Source of the DNA: an uncultured Ktedonobacteraceae bacterium
GTDB taxonomy: Bacteria > Acidobacteriota > Terriglobia > Terriglobales > Acidobacteriaceae
Direction of reading: 5' to 3'
NCBI GenBank assembly: GCA_964657395.1
Contig: CAZZUX010000006.1
Coordinates: forward strand, 6,192-70,191
Length of the DNA stretch: 64,000 nucleotides
Below the pieces are notes generated by a model. The model was given only the letters and a program-made list of their open reading frames with translations. It had not been told where the DNA came from and did not search any database. This document shows, one piece after another, positions 30,147 to 38,854 of the stretch (position 1 is the first letter of the stretch; the number at the start of each line of letters is the position of its first letter). Position numbers and translations under genes: made by a program.

Positions 30147-30172
30147 AGTGGGCGAAAGCCCACTTTTTATTT
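30147..30172 (+). terminator. strong intrinsic terminator upstream of rimP
   Basis: AGTGGGC-GAAA-GCCCACT hairpin followed by TTTTTATTT. It lies 196 nt after the cyclase stop codon. Confidence 0.75.
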
Positions 30173-30226
30173 GCGGCAAAGTTCTAAAGGTATTCGCTTA
30201 GGACGGGTTGAGGGGCATTTTGTTCC

Positions 30227-30982
30227 ATGGCAGTGGATCTGGCTCAATTACGGGCAGCAGCACAGCGGGTGGCAGCTTCGCATGGCCTGGACGTGGTCGA
30301 TGTCGACTTCGCCGGAGGCGGCAAATTTCGCGCTTTGCGGGTTTTTCTCGAGAAGAATGCGGAAGGTCGAGCGAAGCTGGCGGACGCCGCCAGGGCAGCA
30401 CAGGAAGCCATGGCAGCGGGTGCCTCGAAGAAGCGCGGTTCGGATGAAGCCGAAAGGCTTCTTGGTCATACCACCGAGGCGAGTGAAAGCGACGCTGTCC
30501 TGATTGAGGAAGATGGTGAGGAGATCGGCGGCGAAGGCAGTGATGAAGGGCTGGTGCCGGCGGCGGTGCTTGAAGGTACGCTGTCGATTGAACATCTGTC
30601 TGGCGTGACGCACGAAGATTGCGAGCAGTTTTCCCGAGATTTCGGCATGCTCCTGGATGTGGAAGACCTCGTACCGGGCTCGGAGTACACGCTGGAAGTG
30701 TCGTCGCCGGGACTGGACCGCAAGCTCACGCACGCGTCTGAGTACGAGCGTTTCGCAGGCAGCCTGGTCAAGCTGCAGACGTTTACGCCGGTTGCGGGTA
30801 ACCGCCACTGGAAGGGCAGGATCGTGCAACTGAATGACGGCAAGCTGGTGCTGGACTTGGCGGCCGTGAAACAGAAGGGCGCAAGAGGCAAGTCCGGCAA
30901 AGCGCAGAAGACGGCGGCAGTCTCCACGGTAGAGATCGAATTTGGAAATGTAGAGAAGGCGAACCTGGTGCCGGAGTTCTGA
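30227..30982 (+). CDS. rimP: ribosome maturation factor RimP, with a large acidic insertion
   Basis: 251 aa. LEVSSPGLDRKL and a C-terminal EKANLVPEF match RimP. About 77 extra residues lie between the first beta-strands and the VTHEDC segment. Confidence 0.88.
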   Translation: MAVDLAQLRAAAQRVAASHGLDVVDVDFAGGGKFRALRVFLEKNAEGRAKLADAARAAQEAMAAGASKKRGSDEAERLLGHTTEASESDAVLIEEDGEEIGGEGSDEGLVPAAVLEGTLSIEHLSGVTHEDCEQFSRDFGMLLDVEDLVPGSEYTLEVSSPGLDRKLTHASEYERFAGSLVKLQTFTPVAGNRHWKGRIVQLNDGKLVLDLAAVKQKGARGKSGKAQKTAAVSTVEIEFGNVEKANLVPEF

Positions 30983-31069
30983 GCGTCGGCATTGCAAGAT
31001 TGTTGGAGTGCGGACAACAACAGGTAAGAACGGAAGCACCGGAACTGAAGCGAAGAAGGAAAAACTGAT

Positions 31070-32995
31070 ATGGCGAGTCTTTTGTACCAGAACATTGAAG
31101 CATTGAGCCGCGAAAAGGGCATTGACCCCGGCATCGTCGTAGGCGCTGTCGAAGACGCGATTGCCCTTGCGACGCGCAAGTACTACAAGACGCAGGAAAA
31201 CATGCGGGCCGAGCTGGATAAGGAAAGCGGCGAGATCCGCGCCTACGTCTACAAGACGGTCGTGGATGCTGACCAGGAGATTGAAGATCCGCTGAACCAG
31301 ATTGGTCTTGATGAAGCACGAGCGCTGGCGCCCGAGGTCGAAGCCGGCGGCGAGATCCGCTACTACAAGCCGACGGACGTGCTGGGCCGCATTGCTGCGC
31401 AAATGGCCAAGCAGGTCATCTTCCAGAAGGTGCGCGAGGCGGAACGCGACACGGTGTTTCTTGAATACAATCACCGCGTCGGTGAGATTATCAATGCTGT
31501 CGTCAAGCGGGTCGAGCTGCAGGATGTGATCTTCGACATCGGCAAGACCGAAGCCCGCATGCCGCGTCGCGAGCAATCGCGGCTGGAGCAGTTTGCTGTC
31601 GGTGAGCGCATCCGCGTGGTGCTGTTGCGCGTGGACCGGGCGGCAAAGGGGCCGCAGGTGATTGTTTCGCGAGCTGTGCCTGAGCTGGTTTCGACTCTCT
31701 TCCAGAGCGAGGTGCCGGAGATATACGACGGCACAGTTTCGATCCGCGCCATTGCTCGCGAGGCAGGCGAGCGCACCAAGATTGCGGTGCAGTCGCGGGA
31801 TAAGGACGTCGATCCGGTAGGCGCCTGTGTTGGCATGAAGGGTATGCGCGTGCAATCGATTATTCGTGAGCTGCGCGGCGAGAAGATTGACATCATCGAA
31901 TATTCGGACGAGATCACAACGTTTGCCGAGAAGGCTCTGCAGCCGGCGAAAGTCAGCCGGGTCAGCATCACGGATCTTTCCGACAAGCAGATTGAGGTGA
32001 TTGTTGACGACTCGCAGTTGTCGCTGGCGATCGGCAAGAAGGGCCAGAATGTCCGTCTTGCGGCCAAGCTGCTGGGCTGGAAGATCGACATCAAGAGCGA
32101 GGAAGAGAAGCGCCAGGAAGTCGAAAACCAGATGGGCGCGATGAGCGGCGGGCCGTCGACTCCGATCGAGCAGGTTACCGAGCTGGGCGAGCAGATCATT
32201 CAGAAGCTGGTGACAGCCGGCATCACGACAGTCGAGGCGCTGGCAGATATGACGCCTGAGCAGCTGGAGGAAATCCCGGGGATCGGCGACAAGACCCTCG
32301 AGAAAATCGGCACCGCGGTTCGCCACTACTTCGGCCAGTATGAGGCGGGAGAAGAGCATGCCGGAGCTGCATCTCACCCACCAGGAGAGGGTGACATGGC
32401 GAAGAAAGCAGCTGGAGAAAACTATACCGGTGTGGACGAAAGCTTAGAAGACCTGGGGGCGGAGGGGACATCGCTCGAGCAGCAGACCGGCGATGTACAG
32501 ATCGCATTCGGCGATGAGCCGGGACACGCAGCCGCGCAGGTCCTGCGGCCGAAGACGGTGGATGGTCTGGACGATGGCGATAGTGCCGGCGTACTTACCG
32601 AAGAAGAGCGCGATGCCCTGGGTGACGATCCGGAACTGGAAGCTGCGTCCACGATTGCGCGCGATTCTGCTGAAGAGGAAGAAGCAGCTCTTCGCCTGAA
32701 TCTTGGCGAAGGCGCGGCTGAGGGCAGCGGCGATGACGGGGACGTGGTGCCGGATACGCGTGATGGATCGGGTACTATCGTCGATGACATCTCGGCCGAG
32801 CGGATGGAGAAATTAACGGAATCCGGTGAGGATGTCGGTTATTTTGGCGTTGACGTAGCCGAGCCGGGCCGTGACGATACCAGTGAGGCATTGATTCGGC
32901 ATCGTCCCAAATCGAGCCTGGTAGATGGCGAATTGTCTGACAAGGTATCGCCGGACGAGAACGATCCGAAGCAGACGGAAGAAGACGGCGTTTAG
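31070..32995 (+). CDS. nusA: transcription termination/antitermination factor NusA with a long acidic C-terminal tail
   Basis: 641 aa. N-terminal domain, S1, KH1/KH2 (GACVGMKGMRVQSIIRELRGEKIDI), one HhH repeat, then about 200 aa rich in D/E/G. Confidence 0.95.
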   Translation: MASLLYQNIEALSREKGIDPGIVVGAVEDAIALATRKYYKTQENMRAELDKESGEIRAYVYKTVVDADQEIEDPLNQIGLDEARALAPEVEAGGEIRYYKPTDVLGRIAAQMAKQVIFQKVREAERDTVFLEYNHRVGEIINAVVKRVELQDVIFDIGKTEARMPRREQSRLEQFAVGERIRVVLLRVDRAAKGPQVIVSRAVPELVSTLFQSEVPEIYDGTVSIRAIAREAGERTKIAVQSRDKDVDPVGACVGMKGMRVQSIIRELRGEKIDIIEYSDEITTFAEKALQPAKVSRVSITDLSDKQIEVIVDDSQLSLAIGKKGQNVRLAAKLLGWKIDIKSEEEKRQEVENQMGAMSGGPSTPIEQVTELGEQIIQKLVTAGITTVEALADMTPEQLEEIPGIGDKTLEKIGTAVRHYFGQYEAGEEHAGAASHPPGEGDMAKKAAGENYTGVDESLEDLGAEGTSLEQQTGDVQIAFGDEPGHAAAQVLRPKTVDGLDDGDSAGVLTEEERDALGDDPELEAASTIARDSAEEEEAALRLNLGEGAAEGSGDDGDVVPDTRDGSGTIVDDISAERMEKLTESGEDVGYFGVDVAEPGRDDTSEALIRHRPKSSLVDGELSDKVSPDENDPKQTEEDGV

Positions 32996-33265
32996 GCGCT
33001 GTCTTCTGCTGGAAGATCAGTAAAGGCAGGAAAGTGGCTGTGCCTGAAAGGCAGCTTTCCTGCAGATTCTAGTAGCGGCGGCTTGATTTGGCCGCGCGTC
33101 ATAGAGCAAAGGAACGTGGCCGGGGCTCCTTCTAAAAGGAACCCCATCCCGTTTCCCGCATTTTCGGGCCATAATAGTAAGTGAAGAGCGTACGATCCTG
33201 CTGACCTTTGAGGTTGCTATGCAAAGCTGAGTGTCGGTGTCGGGTAGTCGCCATAAAAGGGGCGA

Positions 33266-36200
33266 ATGAGTAAAGTTCGAATCAATGATTTAGCGCGTGA
33301 GCTTGAGGTAAAGAGCCGGGCGATTCTCGACGTCCTCGATGACGTGGGCGTGAAAGAGAAGAAGACCCACTCCAGCTCGCTCGAAGCGGATGAGGCGGAA
33401 CGCGTGCGCGCGCACATGCAGCGCGGCAGCCGCGGTAGCTCGTCTGCGGCCCGGCATGACAATGGCAATGGTGGCCAGCCGAAGATCGATCTATCGCAGG
33501 TGAAGAAGCCCGGCGACGTCCTGAGGGCGATCCAGGAGCGCAAGGAGCAGGCCGAGCGTGATGCGCAAAATGCGCGCCGCCCAGCGCCTCCTGTATCTGC
33601 CCCACCGGCAGTCAGCGCGGCTCCGCCTGCCCGGTCCGTAGTTGCTGCTCCGCCTGCCAATCGTCCGCCCGTAGTCGTTGCCACACCGGCTCCCGCGGCG
33701 GTTGCGGCTGCTCCCGCGCAGCAACCTGTCGCCAGCAGTGCGCCTGCTGCGGTGCGTCCGCCAACTGCCGTGCAGCCTCAGGCACCCCAGCAGACCGCCT
33801 CCCCGCGGCCATCGCCCACGCAGGTTGTGGCTGCTCCTGCCCCGCGACGCATCGTGCCGCTGCCGAGACAGGGTCCAAACATTATCGCTCCCACGCCTCC
33901 ACCGGCGATTGCGACCAAGCCGCCTTCAGGCGTCGTAGTCGGGAAGCCGCCGGTCACAGCAGCGCCAACACCTGCTACTCCTTCTCCTTCTCAGGGGATA
34001 GCGGCAGTACCTCCGCGTGTCGCCCCTCCTGCTCCTGCTGTGGCAGAGACAACGCCTGCGCCTGCGCCGATATCGGTTTCGGCGGCTGCGGAAGTCACTT
34101 CTGCAGCAAGCACTGCTGCGCCTGAGCAACCTGTATCTACCGCGCCGCCGGCACGTCGCGTCATTATGCCGCAGACTGGGCCGCGTCCTGTTTACACGGC
34201 GCCGCCACCACCACCGCGCCCAGCTACGCCGCCGCCCTCGGCCAATTATCCGCAATCGTCCTATCCCGGCTCGCAGCCACGTCCATCCGGTCCTGGTGGG
34301 CCGGGCGGTCCCGGTCTGCAGCGTGGACGGCCCATCTTTGATCGCGGTCCGCGTCCTTCCGGTCCTGGTGGCGGTCCCGGCTATGGACCTCGTCCAGGCG
34401 CGCCCGGCGGCTACAATCCTGCCGGAGCGGCTGGAGCTCCCGGCCGCCGTCCAATGCATCCGACGCGCTCGGCTCCAACCGGACCTCCGGGTTCGCGACC
34501 AGCTTTTGGTGCGCCGCGACCGGGCATGGGTGGTCGTCCAGGCTTTGGCGGTCCACGTCCCGGTATGGGTGGTCCTCCGGGTGCCGGTGGTCTGCTGCCG
34601 GCAGGGGAAGCACCGCGTCCGCAGCGTCCGAGTGGTCCGCCACGCGGTCGTGGGCGGCAGCAGTATCCGAAGACCAAAGAAGGCCCGATGAAGGGATTTG
34701 CGCCGCCGCCACGTTTCGGCGGGTCGCAGATCTCCATGGAGCCGCTGCCGATCACGCGCACCATCACGATCACTGAAGGCATCAGCGTCAAGGACCTCGC
34801 GGAGAAACTGGAAGTACGCGGCAAGGACCTGATCGCTTCGCTGCTGATGCGTGGCGTATTCGTTACGGTCAACCAGTCGCTCGATGCAGAACTGGTGAAG
34901 GATGTCGCGCGGCAATTTGGTGCTGACACCAACGTCATCAGCTTTGAAGACGAGATGGCCAACGAGGCACTCGAGACCTTCATGGCTGCTGATAACACCG
35001 GTGAGATCGAAGTCTCGCGTTCGCCTGTCGTCACCGTCATGGGTCACGTCGATCACGGTAAGACGTCATTGCTGGACGCGATCCGCGAAACAGAAGTAGC
35101 GGCCGGCGAAGCAGGCGGCATTACACAGCATATCGGCGCGTACAAGGTGCGGATCAACAAGCCGGATTCGCCTGCATTCGGGCGCGAGATCGTCTTCCTG
35201 GATACGCCTGGTCACGAAGCATTTACCCGCATGCGTGCTCGCGGCGCCAAGGTCACGGATATCGTCGTCATCGTTGTTGCAGCAGACGATGGAGTGATGC
35301 CGCAGACTATTGAAGCTATCGATCATGCGAAGGCGGCAAATGTACCGATCATTGTTGCGGTTAACAAGATCGACAAGCCGGATGCGCAGCCCGACCGCGT
35401 GAAGCAACAGCTTGGCGATCGCGGACTGGTACCGGAATCATGGGGTGGCTCGACGGTCTTCGTGGATGTGTCGGCGAAGAAGCGTACCAACCTGGACCTG
35501 CTGCTCGAGATGATCTGCCTCACCGCGGACATCGCTGACCTGAAGGCATCGCCGGAACGCTCGGCAGTGGCAACAGTTATTGAAGCGAAGCTTGATAGGG
35601 GTCGTGGCGTTGTTGCCTCGGTTCTCGTACAGAATGGAACACTGAAGGCCAGTGACAGCTTCATCGTCGGCAACACCTTTGGCAAGGTTCGCGCCATGTT
35701 CGACGATCGCGGGCGGCCGATTGAAGAAGCGGGTCCGTCGACTCCGGTTGAGATTCTAGGTCTTGAAGGGATGCCGGATGCCGGCGACACCTTCCTGGTC
35801 GTTTCGGATCGCGACAAGGCGAAGACTATCTCGACCTTCCGCGCGATGAAGCAGCGTGAGTCGCAGCTTGCCAAGAGCTCGCGCGTCTCGCTTGAAGGAC
35901 TGGCAGAACAGATCAAGCAGGCAGGCGTCAAGGAACTGCCGCTCATCCTCAAGGGAGACGTCACGGGATCGGTCGAAGTACTGGCCGATTCGCTGCAGAA
36001 GATGTCGACCGAGAAGGTGCGCATCAAGGTCATTCACACCGGCGTCGGCGCGATTACCGAGAGCGACATCCTGCTTGCAACTGCATCGAATGCCATCGTC
36101 ATCGGCTTCAACGTGCGGCCGGACCGCAAATCCGCCGAAGTTGCCGAACAGGAAGGCGTGGAGATTCGTCTGCACACCATCATCTACGAGCTGCAAGACG

Positions 36201-36550
36201 AAATTCGCAAGGCGATGCTGGGACTGCTCGATCCGGTCTACAAGGAGAACTTCCTTGGCCGCGCGCTGGTGCAGGAAGTCTTCCGTATCCCGAAGATCGG
36301 CACGATTGCAGGCTGCCGCGTCACCGATGGCTCTATCAAGCGCGATTCGGAAGTTCGAGTTGTTCGTGGTGGAGAACAGGTCTTCAAGGGCAAGCTCGGA
36401 TCGCTCAAGCGCTTCAAGGATGATGCCCGCGAGGTCACCAACGGTATGGAGTGCGGTATCGGCATCAACGGCTTCAGCGACATCCAGCAGGGCGATATGA
36501 TCGAAGCCTTTGCGATGGAGCGGATGGCTGCCGAACTGACTGCTTCCTAG
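33266..36550 (+). CDS. infB: translation initiation factor IF-2
   Basis: 1094 aa. N-terminal [15 protein letters not shown], a Pro/Ala/Gly-rich region of about 400 aa, a GTPase domain ([25 protein letters not shown]), and C1/C2 domains. Confidence 0.96.
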   Translation: MSKVRINDLARELEVKSRAILDVLDDVGVKEKKTHSSSLEADEAERVRAHMQRGSRGSSSAARHDNGNGGQPKIDLSQVKKPGDVLRAIQERKEQAERDAQNARRPAPPVSAPPAVSAAPPARSVVAAPPANRPPVVVATPAPAAVAAAPAQQPVASSAPAAVRPPTAVQPQAPQQTASPRPSPTQVVAAPAPRRIVPLPRQGPNIIAPTPPPAIATKPPSGVVVGKPPVTAAPTPATPSPSQGIAAVPPRVAPPAPAVAETTPAPAPISVSAAAEVTSAASTAAPEQPVSTAPPARRVIMPQTGPRPVYTAPPPPPRPATPPPSANYPQSSYPGSQPRPSGPGGPGGPGLQRGRPIFDRGPRPSGPGGGPGYGPRPGAPGGYNPAGAAGAPGRRPMHPTRSAPTGPPGSRPAFGAPRPGMGGRPGFGGPRPGMGGPPGAGGLLPAGEAPRPQRPSGPPRGRGRQQYPKTKEGPMKGFAPPPRFGGSQISMEPLPITRTITITEGISVKDLAEKLEVRGKDLIASLLMRGVFVTVNQSLDAELVKDVARQFGADTNVISFEDEMANEALETFMAADNTGEIEVSRSPVVTVMGHVDHGKTSLLDAIRETEVAAGEAGGITQHIGAYKVRINKPDSPAFGREIVFLDTPGHEAFTRMRARGAKVTDIVVIVVAADDGVMPQTIEAIDHAKAANVPIIVAVNKIDKPDAQPDRVKQQLGDRGLVPESWGGSTVFVDVSAKKRTNLDLLLEMICLTADIADLKASPERSAVATVIEAKLDRGRGVVASVLVQNGTLKASDSFIVGNTFGKVRAMFDDRGRPIEEAGPSTPVEILGLEGMPDAGDTFLVVSDRDKAKTISTFRAMKQRESQLAKSSRVSLEGLAEQIKQAGVKELPLILKGDVTGSVEVLADSLQKMSTEKVRIKVIHTGVGAITESDILLATASNAIVIGFNVRPDRKSAEVAEQEGVEIRLHTIIYELQDEIRKAMLGLLDPVYKENFLGRALVQEVFRIPKIGTIAGCRVTDGSIKRDSEVRVVRGGEQVFKGKLGSLKRFKDDAREVTNGMECGIGINGFSDIQQGDMIEAFAMERMAAELTAS

Positions 36551-36570
36551 AACCGTTCTACCCAATACAC

Positions 36571-36612
36571 AGCGCGGTGCTGAGTTCCTACTCACACCGC
36601 GCTTTTCTTTTT
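36571..36612 (+). terminator. rho-independent terminator of infB
   Basis: AGCGCGGTG / CACCGCGCT stem followed by TTTCTTTTT. Confidence 0.75.
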
Positions 36613-36640
36613 AGCTTTTCACTTACGAACAGGAGCAGTC

Positions 36641-36937
36641 ATGGCAACACCTCTCAGTCCCGCATTGCACGAGCGACGAGACGAGCTTGAGCGCTACGAA
36701 TTCATGATGGGCATGGAGCGCGGACGGCTGGCTGTTTCACTCGACATGCTTACGGATGCGCTGATCCTGGTAGGCCAGCATGGTGTGTACTGCACGTCGA
36801 CGCGGAATCCGAGCAAGCCGGCGATGGACCTGCAGATCATCCTCAGCCAGATCAATGGCGCCAAGGAACTGATCCAGTCCGCGATGACGGAGCTCGAACG
36901 AAAACGCGACGAGGCCTCGACTCGCGATGCAGGCTGA
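36641..36937 (+). CDS. hypothetical protein (in the position where rbfA is often found, but not RbfA-like)
   Basis: 98 aa, AGGAG 6 nt upstream of the ATG. No motif recognised. Confidence 0.5.
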   Translation: MATPLSPALHERRDELERYEFMMGMERGRLAVSLDMLTDALILVGQHGVYCTSTRNPSKPAMDLQIILSQINGAKELIQSAMTELERKRDEASTRDAG

Positions 36938-37032
36938 TTTGTCGATTGACGACACGCGGATAGAGTAGCGACAATGAGCGGGCCCGGCTACTCGAGCGGC
37001 GTTGCCGAAAATTCAGGTTGAGGATGAACGAA

Positions 37033-37368
37033 ATGAATCGCTTTTCCATGAAGAAGTGGGTACCTGCTGTCTGCGCCGGCCTCATTGGCCTTGGCACCAT
37101 TGCGCTGCCTACCCTCGACGCACAGGCACCCAAGAAGACGGGCGCGAGTGCGACCTCCACCATGTCCGCAGCGCCTTCCGCCGACCTGGTCGACATCAAT
37201 AGTGCAACCGCCGATCAGCTTGCTGCGCTGCCAGGCATCGGCGACGCCTACTCGAAGAAGATCATCGCGGGACGGCCCTACAAGATGAAGACCGATCTGA
37301 AGACCAAGAAGATCGTTCCAGCCGCCACCTACGCCAAGATCTCCAGCAAAATCATAGCCAAACAGTAA
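37033..37368 (+). CDS. secreted ComEA-like helix-hairpin-helix DNA-binding protein
   Basis: Signal peptide ([26 protein letters not shown]) and an HhH motif [29 protein letters not shown]. Start ambiguous: TTG 37018, or ATG at 37024, 37033 or 37048. Confidence 0.75.
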   Translation: MNRFSMKKWVPAVCAGLIGLGTIALPTLDAQAPKKTGASATSTMSAAPSADLVDINSATADQLAALPGIGDAYSKKIIAGRPYKMKTDLKTKKIVPAATYAKISSKIIAKQ

Positions 37369-37570
37369 GTACTGCGCGTACGGCGAACGGCGCTTTGCGC
37401 TTATGCTCCCGTTGGTCGCATGGTTCTTTTCTGGTTGAAGGCTTTCATCAAAGCCCGAACGTTCGTAAAGAAGGATTCGGGCTCCTGATGTGCTTGACTG
37501 AATCACGAAACAAGAGTGCGACCAACGGGAGCATCCCCGCCGAAGGCGCCTACGCCCGTACGGCCAGTAC
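37369..37570. repeat. about 200-bp inverted-repeat (MITE-like or REP-pair) element filling the gap between convergent genes
   Basis: Arms of about 52 bp. Termini are GTACTGCGCGTACGG at 37369 and its near-complement CCGTACGGCCAGTAC at 37556-37570. Perfect 18-bp cores at 37403-37420 and 37517-37534. Central 8-bp hairpin AGCCCGAA/TTCGGGCT at 37452-37483. Confidence 0.6.
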
Positions 37571-38632
37571 CTACGCCCGTACGGTCAGGACTACGCGGAA
37601 TCTTGCTTTGCCGCTCATCATGCGGTCGTAGGCTTCGGCTGCTTTCTCGAGTGGATACTCTTCGATGCTGGCTTTTACTCCCTGAAGCGCGCTGAACTTC
37701 AACGTGTCTTCCGAGTCGATAGCGGTGCCGCTTGGCCAGCCGTGGACGGAACGCCGCTGCATGATGAGTGCTACGGGCGAAACCTTGATCGGCTCTGGCG
37801 ATACGCCAACGACGACCAGTTCGCCCGCATAGCCAAGGCCTTCGATCGCAGCAGACATGGCGTCGGCATTCGTTACGGTTGCAAGGATCAGCCGCGCGCC
37901 GCCGAGTGCCATGAGTGCCTTGCCGACGTCTTCCCTCGAGCTGTCGATGTAATGATGCGCGCCCAGCTCTTTGGCCAGCGGAGCCTTGTCTTCGCCGCGG
38001 GCGATGGCAACCACTTCAAAGCCCATCTTGGCGGCGTACTGCACGCCGAGGTGCCCGAGGCCACCAATGCCGAGGATCGCGACCAGGTCGCCGGCCTTGG
38101 CGTTGCTGTTGCGAATGGCGTTGAAGGTGGTGATACCGGCGCAGAGCAGTGGAGCGGATTCGATGCTGTCCAGTGATTCAGGTACCAGGGCGAGTGCTTC
38201 GGCGGGAGCGATGACGTATTCGGCATAGCCGCCGTCGTAGGTGATGCCGGGGATGCTGGCATTCTGACACGCAACCAGGTCGCCGCGCCGGCAAGGCTCA
38301 CAGATGCCGCAATGGCCGCCATACCAGCCCAGGCCAACGCGCTGGCCAATTTTCCAGGGCTTCACTCCGTCGCCGATTGCGTCCACCAGGCCGATGATCT
38401 CGTGGCCCGGAACGCGGGGATACTGGATAGGAAAGATGCCTTCCTTGGTGATGGAGTCGCTATGGCAGACACCGCAGGCCTGCACGCGGATGCGGACATG
38501 CTGCGCAGGTGGCCGGAGGATGGGTCGCGTCACCAGTTCAAAGGGGGCGCCGGCTTTCGGCACTTGTGCGACACGCATGGTAGCGCCGGATTGGAGGGTA
38601 TCGCCAGGCTGCGCGGCTTCTTGAATACTCAT
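37571..38632 (-). CDS. zinc-dependent alcohol dehydrogenase (MDR superfamily)
   Basis: 353 aa. GVCHSD catalytic zinc motif, GHCGICEPCRRGD structural zinc loop, GIGGLGHLGVQYA Rossmann motif. Confidence 0.92.
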   Translation of the reverse strand: MSIQEAAQPGDTLQSGATMRVAQVPKAGAPFELVTRPILRPPAQHVRIRVQACGVCHSDSITKEGIFPIQYPRVPGHEIIGLVDAIGDGVKPWKIGQRVGLGWYGGHCGICEPCRRGDLVACQNASIPGITYDGGYAEYVIAPAEALALVPESLDSIESAPLLCAGITTFNAIRNSNAKAGDLVAILGIGGLGHLGVQYAAKMGFEVVAIARGEDKAPLAKELGAHHYIDSSREDVGKALMALGGARLILATVTNADAMSAAIEGLGYAGELVVVGVSPEPIKVSPVALIMQRRSVHGWPSGTAIDSEDTLKFSALQGVKASIEEYPLEKAAEAYDRMMSGKARFRVVLTVRA

Positions 38633-38757
38633 GATCTTTGTCCTTTGTGGGAGCAGAATGATGGGCTCAGCTCTTCAGATGCCGCGGGACGTTACAGGAT
38701 GCGGAGATAGAAGACAGCAGTGGAGACGGCCATGGGGTCGTAGTATCCTGTCAGTGG

Positions 38758-38834
38758 GCACCCGTAGCTCAGCTGGATAGAGCATTCGCCTCCGAAGCGA
38801 AGGGTCAGAAGTTCGAATCTTCTCGGGTGCACCA
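38758..38834 (+). tRNA. tRNA-Arg (anticodon CCG)
   Basis: Manual cloverleaf: acceptor GCACCCG/CGGGTGC, D-arm GCTC-AGCTGGATA-GAGC, anticodon arm TTCGC-CTCCGAA-GCGAA, T-arm AGAAG-TTCGAAT-CTTCT, discriminator A, and an encoded CCA. Confidence 0.92.
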
Positions 38835-38854
38835 TCTTCCTTCACTGCATGTTT

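Noticed and set aside
30248-32377. 709-aa ORF on the minus strand, opposite rimP and nusA
   Set aside because: It is antisense to two unmistakable housekeeping genes. It is Arg/Leu/His-rich with no recognisable motif, signal or RBS. Long antisense ORFs are expected in GC-rich coding sequence.
33926-35056. 376-aa minus-strand ORF, plus several other ORFs overlapping the Pro/Ala-rich part of infB
   Set aside because: The compositions are extreme in Arg, Trp and Ser, and simply mirror the low-complexity GC-rich IF-2 N-terminal region. The IF-2 frame is clearly the coding one.
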